Source of the DNA: Epithemia pelagica
Lineage: Eukaryota > Protista > Bacillariophyta
Assembly: GCA_946965045.2 (NCBI GenBank)
Contig: OX337242.1
Coordinates: 2,790,001-2,854,000, forward strand
DNA length: 64,000 nucleotides
Reading direction: 5' to 3'
A program made the position numbers and the translations under genes. Below are positions 44,387 to 54,887 of this stretch, in pieces. The notes beneath the pieces are model-generated. The model searched no databases. It had not been told where the DNA came from and was given only the letters and a program-made list of their open reading frames with translations. Numbering within the stretch: position 1 is the stretch's first letter; each line of letters starts with the position of its first letter.

Positions 44387-45607
44387 TCAAGTTCCATCCT
44401 TCCCGTCATCACCACGGTGCGTCTTGGACCTTGTGCGTTTACGAGCTGATGTCGAGGAATTGAAGGGGGGAAAATGAGCATCTCCGATGCCCATTCCTTC
44501 CCGAAAATGATGCCATCCGTTAAGTTGCTGCTCACAGAGTCGACGAAAACACCACGTATGCTTGTCCAGTAGTGGTAATGTCGCACAGGTAGGGTTCTGA
44601 GATCCACCAATCACAGCAACATGGTTGGCAACAGTCACCATACTGCAACCACTGCGGGAATTCGCGAATGGTGGGAGATTCCACACGTGGTTGCGGTGCG
44701 TATCCAAGACTTGCACGGTTGAATCGGCTCGTCCTCCCGCCACCACCAGACAAGATCCCACGGCAACCACTGCACAAGACCTTCGTGCATTGGAAAGCAC
44801 CAAATCAGAATGAGTGGTCCAGGTGGGTGAGAAAAAAATGAACGTCGAGCCAGTTTCCTTTTCAGTCTCATCACTGTTAAACGGTGTTGTGCCGTCCAAA
44901 TACTCCACCAAGTCAAGATTGCCATGCTCATTACGGCCTCCAACGACAAAGATGCGGTGACCAATAACCACACTGGCACATAATTGTCGAGGAACAGCCA
45001 TGGATGGTCCAGCAGTGACAATGTGATTGTTGGTATCAATAATATCCACTGACGACAAAAATTGATCGTTGTAATAGCCACCCATTACAACCATGTATCG
45101 GTTGTGAACCGCGACAGCACAACATCCTGATCGTCCCATTGATAAGCGACATGTCAATGTTGTCCAATGACTATCCTGAGTGGTGGTGGTTGTTAAGGAT
45201 GATCGAAGCAAATCATTGCCATCAATTCGTTCAATACAATCCAAAGGTCCTCGCCTGTATCCTCCCATCACGTACACGCTGCCATTGCAAACAACAGCGG
45301 CATGATCGTCACGTTTCTTGCTCATGGGTGGTCCTTCTCGCCATTGCTTGTCTGGGTCTGATAGATTCAATACAAGAACTGAATCCGTGGTACCTTGGCC
45401 TTGTTGCCATCCTCCCAACACGACGACCGTCTGCCCCCTGTTATTGTTGCTATCGTTTTCCGTATCGGGGTGATCCAGTACGACCGAAGCATGACCCAAA
45501 CGCCATCCACCCTGGAGAGGAGGCCAGTCCTCGAAGTTCCATTGTGCTGTCTCTTCCAAAAGAACAAGGCCCGACTGCCATGCCCGTTCTTTCAGTGTTC
45601 TTGTCAT
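44387..45607 (-). CDS. Kelch-repeat protein, copy 4
   Basis: Intact ORF from the conserved ATG at 45607. Confidence 0.9.
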   Translation of the reverse strand: MTRTLKERAWQSGLVLLEETAQWNFEDWPPLQGGWRLGHASVVLDHPDTENDSNNNRGQTVVVLGGWQQGQGTTDSVLVLNLSDPDKQWREGPPMSKKRDDHAAVVCNGSVYVMGGYRRGPLDCIERIDGNDLLRSSLTTTTTQDSHWTTLTCRLSMGRSGCCAVAVHNRYMVVMGGYYNDQFLSSVDIIDTNNHIVTAGPSMAVPRQLCASVVIGHRIFVVGGRNEHGNLDLVEYLDGTTPFNSDETEKETGSTFIFFSPTWTTHSDLVLSNARRSCAVVAVGSCLVVAGGRADSTVQVLDTHRNHVWNLPPFANSRSGCSMVTVANHVAVIGGSQNPTCATLPLLDKHTWCFRRLCEQQLNGWHHFREGMGIGDAHFPPFNSSTSARKRTRSKTHRGDDGKDGT

Positions 45608-46739
45608 GGTCACGGCGCTGACAAGAAATTGCGGCACGAGAAGTGTAATAGAGCAACGCGTGGGCGTTTGGAAACGGTGTGCCTGTCCTGCGTACGATGG
45701 TGAAGGGCATTCAATCGCACATAGAATTCATGACTAGCCCCAATGGTATCAAGACGACATTTGTGATGAAGAGGTCCTTTTGTATGATGAATAGGTCCAC
45801 AGAAGGAAGCAAGGCCACAAGTACAACTACACAAAAACAAGAATCGACGACATGATGGACCAGAAGGAGCATGATGTCATTCATCCCATTGTGACTCGCT
45901 TCCCGTGCTGCAATAGCAGCAGACGCCTGTATTCGTCTTTTCTTTGGATCGCTTTAGAAAATGTCACATGGATGTGGTTGGATCGCAAGGGTTGGTCCCC
46001 TATGCCATTATTGATACCAACTCCATCAATCATCTTTTTTGGAGAGCCAAAACCGTCCCGTGCCGTCTTTGCCAGTTGTCAGCAATGCTCGCGCATGTGG
46101 TCCAAAGATTGTGGCAGACGCATATCGCACTGGCTCAATGGCCTCCGTTCGCCAAGGTGGGTCTCAGGACCGGTGCTACATTTTGCCAATGGGTGATGTT
46201 GTCGTCTTGATTGGAAACCGCAAGAGCTCAAGGAACCAAAAGTGGACCGGGGGAGTCGTCGCTTGGATCCACCTGGCGTCGAGAACGTACAAGAGTTTTG
46301 TGTGTCCGGTTCCGGCAAAACGACCTACCGCCAAAACAGAGCCAAACTTGATGAGGATTTCACGACAAACAAGAGAAGCCAGTCTGGACAATAAACAATC
46401 AATCAACTTTCCTGTCCTGCTCGTGACAAGGCTTTGTTGGATGAGTTCGTGCTGCTTGTTGTCGCTTTCTGATTCTGCTGCTTATTAGTTCGAGGTACAA
46501 CGATTGTCGTGGCGGAGTGGTGACGGAACCAAGGTCACAAGCACAACTACACAGTGACGAGAATCCGACGACATGATGGACCAGAAGGAACATGATGTCA
46601 TTCATCCCATTCTGACTCGCTTCCTTGTTGTATTATAGCAGCAGACGCCTGCATTTGAGGAGACAAAGCAGCAAGAGGACGAACAAGAGTACATGATAGG
46701 AGCGATCACGAAGAGAGGAACGTTCATCGGCAAGATGGA

Positions 46740-47205
46740 ATGACCGAAATCAAAGGAGAAGACGGAGACAAGACTGGCAGATTCTCAGGAATGAGCATAT
46801 TGGCGGTTCCCATTGCAGATATCGAATGGCATACAGTTGCCGTTGGCATTACCCAGATTACCAATTTGGGTCTCAAAGCCTTGTCAAGAGCACTGGACGA
46901 TGAAGATTGTGTCATTGTATTCTTCATGATGAGGGTGACATTCGAATGGCTATGGCACTGCGAGATAGCTTACGGTGGTGTATGTTTGGTCGGAAATACC
47001 AACGGACCGACGATTGTATGAAACAGGTTTTGGAAGCATTGGACAAGAATGCGGATTGACATACTTTGGATATGCGGTACAGGAAGGTATTCCATACAGA
47101 ACTAAACTTTTTGTCAAGACAATGAAAACCATGAAAAAGGTCAACCATTCATATGTATGGATCCAATCTAGGAGTAATTCTCTAATGACGAAATGTGGCC
47201 TGTAG
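46740..47205 (+). pseudogene. Decayed LRR-like fragment (longest copy)
   Basis: ITNLGLKALSRALDDED and SIGQECGLTYFGYAV in two frames. Confidence 0.35.
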
Positions 47206-47469
47206 TACAACGGCTATTGGTGATGGAAGCAACTTCTGCCGCAGACATGGTGATAGCGCGCGTGTGCGTTTGTGTTTGTTCGAATGCATTGCCACACCGC
47301 ATGGGGAGAATCAAAACAATGAGAGGAAGCGAGCCAGAAGAAGGAGAATCCAAACCACTTTTATTCTAGTAGCGGAGAAGGGCCCTGAGGAGTCCTGTGC
47401 TACTACGTTCCGATAGATAGAACCAGCTTATTGAATGCAACAATCACGAGCTCCTCGTATTCGACGAGG

Positions 47470-50457
47470 TCATTCATCATCGTCGTCATCCTCATCATCA
47501 TCATCGCTGTCCACATCGTCGTCTTCATCATCATCCTCATCGCTGTCCACATGTGCCTCCAAGACGGGGCAAAACCACTCATCGCTGGGCAAACGCGAGC
47601 ACGAAACGACGCCGTTGGTACCACCCATCTTTTTCGGAGGCACGTCGAATTCGTCGGGGAGGAGCGGAGCTCGGACGATGGACCCATTGAGGTATCCGGC
47701 CACGAGCCATTTACCATACATGGCGTGGGCCACCGGTCCTCCATTCCCTTGGCCGTCGTCTCTATCTGTTATCCAAAACCCAATATCATCATCCGGTACC
47801 TCATTGCTTTCTAACGAGAAACCGCCACTCTCAAAGGCTCCGAGACGACGCTTTTTACGTTTCGGTGGGAAACCAGCAAAAGGAGGAAATTCCACTTTTC
47901 CCAGTGCTAGCTGTCGTGCCAATTGTTGCCGAGTGGCCGCATCCTCGTCGTCGTCGCCATGTCGCTCGCCGAAAAACAGTCGACGATTGCCATCGCGTTT
48001 GTCCAGGCGAGCATCAGAACAGACGGACTCAATGTCAAACAGCCAGCAATTGTGGTCGACTTCATTCGACAGAGCGACTTTGCCCCCCGACCTTGCCATG
48101 GAACCGTGAGAGCCACTGTCTTCATAGTACCTGGCACCCACACGGGCGTACCCCTCCATGCTCAACGAGACCTTGCCACGGCGACGATGCTTATTCACCT
48201 TGACAGCGGCAATTCGATCGGCACTGTCGTCAAAAAACAGTACACAACGTCCCGAGATGCTAATGCCGGAAATATCTTCGAGTCGATACTTTTGTTGCTT
48301 CCGCAACGACGCTGAAGGGTCCCAGAAATCAAATCGTGACAGCGGGACGCCGGGATTTTGCAGGTCCCACAAGACCATGGCATCGGGCAAGCCATGACCA
48401 TGGCGCATAGAGTAACTCAAAAGGTACTTGTCTTTGAGCATGACGGCCATGGCGCGGATGATTCCCGAATGTTCTCGCCATGTTTCCAAAGCTTTGCCAG
48501 TGGAGAGATCAAATGGCAAAATGTTTCCTTCGCCACAAGCCTGGGCCGCGTCCAGATCAAAATCGGAATAGTCTTGGTTCCACTCGATGAGACCTGCCGG
48601 GGAGCAGTGGAGACCCACCACCAACGTGTCCATCCATGCTTCCTCATCTTCATCCCACAAGGGAGCGACGACAATGGTAGCAATGGAAGGAAATGCGACT
48701 CTTCCTTTCGTGTCTTGACCGACGTGGCAGGTATAGGTAGTCACGAGGCTTCCATTGCTCCCATTGAGACAGTGGACCACTGATGGTTGTGGATCATCGT
48801 CGTCGATCGCATGGGTCCAAACATACAAGAGGTGCTTCCCGTCGTCCTGCTGGCGAATCACCAAGCCAGCCACGCCACCTGTTGCTCGAAGCCAAACGCC
48901 AATGTATTTGCTAAAGTGTTCAAAGTCGTCCGTACAATCTTCAAACACTTGTTTGGACCAAAGTAACTGGTTGGTTTTGAGGCACCACTTGTTGAGCATG
49001 CCATTCACGTGGCCACAATAAAGTACCATCTTCCCATCATCCTCTTGAGCCATTTCCATGACGGTAATCATCTTGTGGTTCGTGTCGTTGCACTTGGAGA
49101 CCACCACAGCATCTTGTTTCCTTCCCAGCACTTTCGGTTCGGGTGGCAGGGGATGGGACGGCCCCACATCCGCGTCAATGCCGGCAAGAATCGTGTCTGC
49201 CTCCAAGGGATAAGTCCCGTACACCCAACTGGCTTCCACGGCACAGAGGAGCTCGTGAAGGGTGCAAAAGGTGCGACGCCACGTAACGAGTACTTGATCC
49301 GAAGAAAACTCTCGATGGTCGTGTCCCGTGGCCCGACCCACCAGGACGCGTAACATGCCATTTTTGTATTTGATCCAGCGAAACTTGCCACTGGTAAAAT
49401 GAGCATATGTCTTGGGAAAGGTCTTGCCAAAGTCAAAGGACGGAGTTGTCTTGGTTTCATCCACTGCTTCGTCTCGTGGCTTTCGAAACAACAGGAGTTT
49501 GGGTCCAAACTGGGCATTTTCATCGTTACTTCGCTCTGTCATGTGCTCAAAGGAAGCATCCCCCGTGGAATCGGACGGAAACACATGACGCGACACAAAG
49601 TTGCGATTGTATCGTTTGGTTTGCTTGGTGGGCGTCCATGCCTCTTCGGCCAACGTTAGAAACTCTTGCATGTCGGTAAAAGTCTGCGACGCAAAAAAGA
49701 CGTCACTGCTACACGTGGCATTCTCCATGGAACACCAAACCGTGTCCCGTTCGGATCGAATCTTGTTGCACAATCCCCAGGTAATGCTCCCCACTTGTTT
49801 GGACAAGAATGCCTTGGCAAAGTTGGGATAGAATGCGTCAATCTGATCTTCTTTGTGGAGACTGTACGCCGCTAAAGCCTCCATTCGCTGAACTTGTGCC
49901 TTCGAATCGGCGGGACCAAGGTACCGAAGAATGGCTCCCGCAACCATTGGTCGAACCGACACTACTTTACAATACAAATGGGTGGTGGATCCCATGTCGT
50001 AGGTAAAATGAAGAATATGACCTTGGGGAAGCAGGGCGGTACTTAGTTTTTCACGGGCCGCATCCAATAATTGATATTCGTCCTCATTCAAGTCTTGGCG
50101 GTACATGTTCAACTGTTCGCGGGGTGCGACCAAGTGGCCACCTCGGTACTGATCTTCATTGTCCGAATCTTGGTCCTCACTACCACTACTTCTACTATCA
50201 TCGTCCATCCTACCGAGGCCTCGGCCTTGCGCAGTCTTGAGATGATGCTGGAGCGAGCTGACTTTCCAGTTCCACGCGTGTGCATGGACATGGTAATCGT
50301 TGGGACGGCGTTTTTGGAGGGAGTGATTGCACAATTCAGTCGCCAACTGCAGAAAGGAATCCTTGGAGGTGGCAATCAACTGTTCGTCGTCCCACAATGG
50401 TTCCTGTTTCTTCCACACGCGCGGTTCCACATCGGTAATGCCCAAGACAAATTCCAT
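47470..50457 (-). CDS. pRiA4b ORF3-like N-terminal domain + beta-propeller-like C-terminal region + acidic tail (copy A); may extend upstream via intron 50573-50630
   Basis: FVLGITDVEPRVWK, YHVHAHAW and KLSTALLPQGHILHFTYDMGSTT resemble the pRiA4b ORF3 pattern (IxLxxxxPxIWR...H...YxYDFGD). WD/PQQ-like strands LYCGHVNGMLNKW, MVLWDL, WLVAGYLNGSI. GA|GTAAGT...GTGAG|G splices in frame. Confidence 0.7.
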   Translation of the reverse strand: MEFVLGITDVEPRVWKKQEPLWDDEQLIATSKDSFLQLATELCNHSLQKRRPNDYHVHAHAWNWKVSSLQHHLKTAQGRGLGRMDDDSRSSGSEDQDSDNEDQYRGGHLVAPREQLNMYRQDLNEDEYQLLDAAREKLSTALLPQGHILHFTYDMGSTTHLYCKVVSVRPMVAGAILRYLGPADSKAQVQRMEALAAYSLHKEDQIDAFYPNFAKAFLSKQVGSITWGLCNKIRSERDTVWCSMENATCSSDVFFASQTFTDMQEFLTLAEEAWTPTKQTKRYNRNFVSRHVFPSDSTGDASFEHMTERSNDENAQFGPKLLLFRKPRDEAVDETKTTPSFDFGKTFPKTYAHFTSGKFRWIKYKNGMLRVLVGRATGHDHREFSSDQVLVTWRRTFCTLHELLCAVEASWVYGTYPLEADTILAGIDADVGPSHPLPPEPKVLGRKQDAVVVSKCNDTNHKMITVMEMAQEDDGKMVLYCGHVNGMLNKWCLKTNQLLWSKQVFEDCTDDFEHFSKYIGVWLRATGGVAGLVIRQQDDGKHLLYVWTHAIDDDDPQPSVVHCLNGSNGSLVTTYTCHVGQDTKGRVAFPSIATIVVAPLWDEDEEAWMDTLVVGLHCSPAGLIEWNQDYSDFDLDAAQACGEGNILPFDLSTGKALETWREHSGIIRAMAVMLKDKYLLSYSMRHGHGLPDAMVLWDLQNPGVPLSRFDFWDPSASLRKQQKYRLEDISGISISGRCVLFFDDSADRIAAVKVNKHRRRGKVSLSMEGYARVGARYYEDSGSHGSMARSGGKVALSNEVDHNCWLFDIESVCSDARLDKRDGNRRLFFGERHGDDDEDAATRQQLARQLALGKVEFPPFAGFPPKRKKRRLGAFESGGFSLESNEVPDDDIGFWITDRDDGQGNGGPVAHAMYGKWLVAGYLNGSIVRAPLLPDEFDVPPKKMGGTNGVVSCSRLPSDEWFCPVLEAHVDSDEDDDEDDDVDSDDDDEDDDDDE

Positions 50458-51001
50458 GGCGTCGTCTGTTTTTTGTTGTTGTTCTCTCGGGGGAATCTCT
50501 CCAGTCGGCCGCTCTCTATGCTCACACGCTCTCTCCGCTGTCGAGATTCGAGATTTGTTCTTCGCAGAGAGCCTCACGGCAATGTGAGAGATTGAAAATT
50601 GAGGAACAACACACAACAAACACCACTTACTCCGCTTCGCTTTCAATGCGCGTCTTCTCCCGTCGCATTGGTGGAGTTTCAAGATCCAATGATACCAAGA
50701 CGGATACCCGACGCGCGATCGCGAACGGGTCCGCAGTGATCTCTTTCTGGGGGGGTACCCCCAAACACCGGTAAACCGGTCGCACATGTATCGTGCAACT
50801 ACGTTGCAAACCGAAAGGGCCAAATACCATAGTTGCCCCTTTCCTGATAATATATCAAGTCACAAACGATGAGATGACCATGAAGAATACTCTTCTTTTC
50901 CCCCAATATCATCTTTGTTTTTTACTTTTATAGCCACTCATCCAGCTTTACTAGACGGCATCACTGGCATCATCATCCATGTGATTCTCTTTTCCGGGAC
51001 C

Positions 51002-52623
51002 ATGTCGTCATTCCCATCCTTCTTCGCGTCCTCTCCAAGAATGCCGCATCGTTTGTCCCCAACACGGATTCCACGTCAAACTCCTAGTACCACGCCACAA
51101 CGACAACGACAGCGAGGAATGTATCTACCAGCAGGAAGAAAATCGTTGTGTTGTGGTCGGTGGCGACAGTGTTCTTGCTGTTGGAGTGCGGCGTTTTCCA
51201 CAACGACCTGCGAATCCATGTCCAGCCATCCAAACGAGGAGAACCACAACAAACCCAGGAACCACAACAACCGCCACAGCCTTTGGTCCAGTCGAACAAC
51301 GTAACCAGGAACGAAGAACAAGTCACAATCCACCATTCGATTAACAGCAGTTCCTCAAAAACGACGACGACTCTTCCGTGGTTCAATCGAACCTTGACCA
51401 TGGTCGTTGCAATGTATGGCCAAATGAGCAATCATCTACTGTACATGGCGCAGGCTCGTCAGATTCAACAAACTCTCGAAGCAGCGGTGCCCGGTCTGTC
51501 CATTCGCTTGATTGGACAGCCAGGAAACCACTTTCTCAACGTTATTCCACAGTGCTTTCCTGGATTACGGACAATCTACAGTTCTGGTGGCAAGAATGAC
51601 CCGGAACAGTTTGGGCCTATTCAAACGGCTCAAAAGAAGTGGCTACGGAAGAACGCCATATAACTACACAATGTCAAAACACCGTCTCAAATTGAGTTGC
51701 TTCGAGACTTGTTGAAACAGCAGTACGAAGCGGAGCAACAGCTCCAACGTGGAATTCAACCCAACTTGAATCACGTTCCCTTGCCATCCTCGTTTCCCAA
51801 AAATCCCTACTCGATACCATTCCTCTACGTAACCGAGAAAATGCCCTTATCCGGTATTTTGCAACATGCCGATTTGTACCACGACCTTCGTCACTGGCTT
51901 CGCATCGATCCCTCGTGTTGTGCCCAGCTACCGTACGAGGATGAAACCGTGTTTCATTTTCGGAACTTTGTTACAGAAATTGAAGTACTCAACAAATCAA
52001 CCACGAAAGAGAGGTTTGGGGAACTGACACCCGGCGATACCGCTCAACACTTGTTTGGTCCGCCGCCACCCTTGTCCCACTCCATCTCATCTCACATGAG
52101 CAGCACCAGCACCAGCAAACACCAGAACAACCACAGTGCCAGTAGTAACCGAATAGCGATTATCAGTCGGTATCCGAGCACAGCGACCCCCTATGCGCAA
52201 GCGTTACATGACCAGGGATGGAAGGTACAAGTGATTCAGAATCAATCGGGAATTCAAGACTTCTGTTTTGCCATGTCGACACAAGCCACAGTTGTGGGGG
52301 TTGCCCATTCCACCTTTGTCCAATTGCCCGGTTTGTTGGGCAATGCCTCCACGGTACGATGGTATTATTTGACGCAAACCATGGGGAAGCAGCGTCAATC
52401 ATCAACAAAATTTTGCTACGAAACTAAAGACCGCAACCACTTGACATCGTCCGCTGTGGGCTTGGTGGAACAAAAGCGTACCTTCTTTCCCCTGGACCCC
52501 TCGGTGCTGAATTCTCCTCAACAAGAGTTTCGACAGGAACTCGTTTGTCCGTCAGGATTCATTACAGGTCAATCCTTGAAACAACAATCCGATGCGCTGT
52601 TAGTATCCACTCCAGATTCATGA
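51002..52623 (+). pseudogene. Diverged GT11-like paralogue with a frameshift (~51147) and in-frame TAA (51661-51663)
   Basis: MSSFPSF start; YGQMSNHLLYMAQA, VFHFRNF and AHSTFVQLPGLL. The 51148 and 51697 ORFs are in the same frame. Confidence 0.7.
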
Positions 52624-52842
52624 AATACTCGGGGCTACACAAGAGCTGTCACATGATTTGTACCTACTAGACCACACGGTACTCATTCGAACGAAACCAT
52701 TCTATGTGCTTGTCCTTGGATCAAGGAATTTTGTGTTTGGGTTGTGCCTGGACAATGCTTTGTTAGGATCCAATCCGGAGAAAGGAACATGTGTACCTAG
52801 ACCACACGGTCCTATAATTCAAACGAAACCATATTCTATGCG

Positions 52843-54324
52843 TTATGATGAGTCATTGGATCCAAGAGTGTTGTTCTTCTTGTTTTGTGCCAGGAGGAGG
52901 ACGGCTGCCATGTCCGTGTGATAGGCGGGTGATCGTACATAGTCTGTCAAGGGGCCGATTTGCTTTTTGAGCCAAAAACACTGGGTCCGAACGTGGTGCA
53001 CATTCATCATACTCGGGTCTTTGGGAGCCGCACCATAACACATTCCAGCAGTCTTGCCGGTTTTCCAATATCCATTGTGGGGACGCAATTGTCGTTTAAA
53101 CTGGAACCAGGCCTCTTCAAACTGGGCGTCCCGCAATACTTGGAGTGTAAACATGCATTGGAAGATAAAATAAGGCATTTCGGTACACACATCCTGTGAC
53201 TGGTCGGGAGTGGTTTGCACCATGTGCTCCAGGTGGTTGGTATAGGCTTGCATCCACCGTTGCATCACGAGACTTTGGGGTCGTGCTACCATGAAATAAC
53301 TGTCCAGCATGCGTGCCTGGCCGGCCAGTTGTAGGTACGGTTTCTTTGGCGGGGACGATCTGTCTCGAATATGACAGGTTTTATATTTTTGGAGTTGACG
53401 ACGGCTCAAAGCACCGGCCTTGCTAAAAAAGGGGGGCACAAAAAAGTCGACATGGCTGGATGGAATCAAGTGGTCCACATAGTCATCCAAGGGTCGCATG
53501 GGACAAATGGAGGTATCGGCATAGACACCCCCGTACAAGGCCATGAGTTCGGTGCGCAGCAAGTTTCCCAGTTTGACGGGGCAGATTCGTGTACCGTTGG
53601 TCCTGTGGTTGTTGTTGCCGTCGATTGTTCGAGGAATGCTGGCCAACCGAGCAAAGTTGGGAGCCAGTGTCATGGCTGTGGTCCGATTGAGGATGCGAAC
53701 ATCCCACGTGGGATGCAAAATCTGCCAGGCTTGGACGCAGGCATAGTCGGCCTGATATTTGTTGGGTGTCGAGTGGGGGCCACCAATGTCCGCCAAATGG
53801 TCCAGTCCTCGATCCCAATACAACCAAACGATTTTGGGGATACCCTGAATCGTTGTGTTGGTGGTAAGAGGTGGTGCAATTGTAGGAACGGGCAAGGAGG
53901 AGGAGACGGAGGAGGAGGAAGAAAGAGAAGAACCCGGCGAGGATCCAATCGAAACTGGTCGGCCTCTTGCTGGACCAGGAGCGTCGGCGTGGTGAGTGGA
54001 CGTGCTTGAGTCGTTGGTTTTGTTGGAGTCGATCGATCCCACCAAGGGATCCTTCCTTGTCGACAACAATTGAACGGTGCTTCGGGAGGAGTTGACCAAA
54101 CTTGCTGAATGATCGAGTCCATCCTCCTCCTCTTCCGTTGTATTGGACGAGGAAGACGACTGAAACAACACATCTCTGTGTGGAGTCAACTTTACAATAT
54201 TGCATATGGACGTCCACATCAAGAGTGTTGAGAATAGGAGTGCCACTTTCAGGATGGTCGGCCGTTTGGAAACTCGCAAGATCCAGGGCATGGTTCGATC
54301 GTCGTGAGATGCCGAATGCCCCAT
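52843..54324 (-). CDS. GT32/capsular polysaccharide synthesis-like glycosyltransferase, diverged second full copy
   Basis: Signal anchor; IPKIVWLYWDRG; LLRTELMALYGGVYADTSIC. Confidence 0.8.
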   Translation of the reverse strand: MGHSASHDDRTMPWILRVSKRPTILKVALLFSTLLMWTSICNIVKLTPHRDVLFQSSSSSNTTEEEEDGLDHSASLVNSSRSTVQLLSTRKDPLVGSIDSNKTNDSSTSTHHADAPGPARGRPVSIGSSPGSSLSSSSSVSSSLPVPTIAPPLTTNTTIQGIPKIVWLYWDRGLDHLADIGGPHSTPNKYQADYACVQAWQILHPTWDVRILNRTTAMTLAPNFARLASIPRTIDGNNNHRTNGTRICPVKLGNLLRTELMALYGGVYADTSICPMRPLDDYVDHLIPSSHVDFFVPPFFSKAGALSRRQLQKYKTCHIRDRSSPPKKPYLQLAGQARMLDSYFMVARPQSLVMQRWMQAYTNHLEHMVQTTPDQSQDVCTEMPYFIFQCMFTLQVLRDAQFEEAWFQFKRQLRPHNGYWKTGKTAGMCYGAAPKDPSMMNVHHVRTQCFWLKKQIGPLTDYVRSPAYHTDMAAVLLLAQNKKNNTLGSNDSS

Positions 54325-54887
54325 TGAATTATACCATGTATTTCTCGTAAGAGGTTATCGACGAGTTACGTCAAGGAGAGCAAACTTCCAAAAAGGCCCA
54401 AGATATTTTTATACCATTACTCATACAACACTATGTATGGTATTTTCCCTTTCGGTTTTCTTATGAGGGAGATATTGACTCACGGACAACAACTGACAAC
54501 ACGATCACAGGCGAGGTGCGCGGATGGACGGGTGGACGCTGGCTTCTTGCGACCGGAGGTCGACTATGATCCTTAGCCCCCCCCAGCGGGGGAATCCACT
54601 CATCAAAAAGAGCACCTCCACAGCCGGAGCTGGGGGTTGACTTTGGATCTAACCAAATCGCGGCAAACAATGCGACGTCAAGCCAAGCGGAGTACATGCA
54701 GGTGGTGTTTGTTGTGTGTCTGTCGTTTCCATTATCGCCGTGAGGCTTTTCGTTGAACATATTTAGAAAAGGTTGAGAGGGAGGAACTGGCTGCGAAGAA
54801 CGAATCTGAGCGTGTGTGAGCACATAGAAAGGCCGACTGGAGAGATTCCCCCCGAGAGAACCCAAAAAACAGACGACGCCATACGCC

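Larger units (their letters stand above)
14200..48300. repeat. Three tandem copies of a ~6-7 kb unit (GT11 / promoter / GT32 fragment / kelch / LRR remnant / propeller gene)
   Basis: Same element order at ~14.2-21.3, 21.3-35.8 (plus YR element) and 35.8-48.3 kb (plus hAT). Confidence 0.85.

Noticed and set aside
10565-46650. Recurrent ~100-bp repeats as a CRISPR-like array
   Set aside because: They are 700+ bp apart, embedded in larger duplicated blocks and have no unique spacers; the context is eukaryotic.
50631-50823. First ~65 codons of the 1117-aa track ORF as real N-terminus
   Set aside because: Not conserved in copy B; an intron at 50573-50630 points to a different upstream frame.
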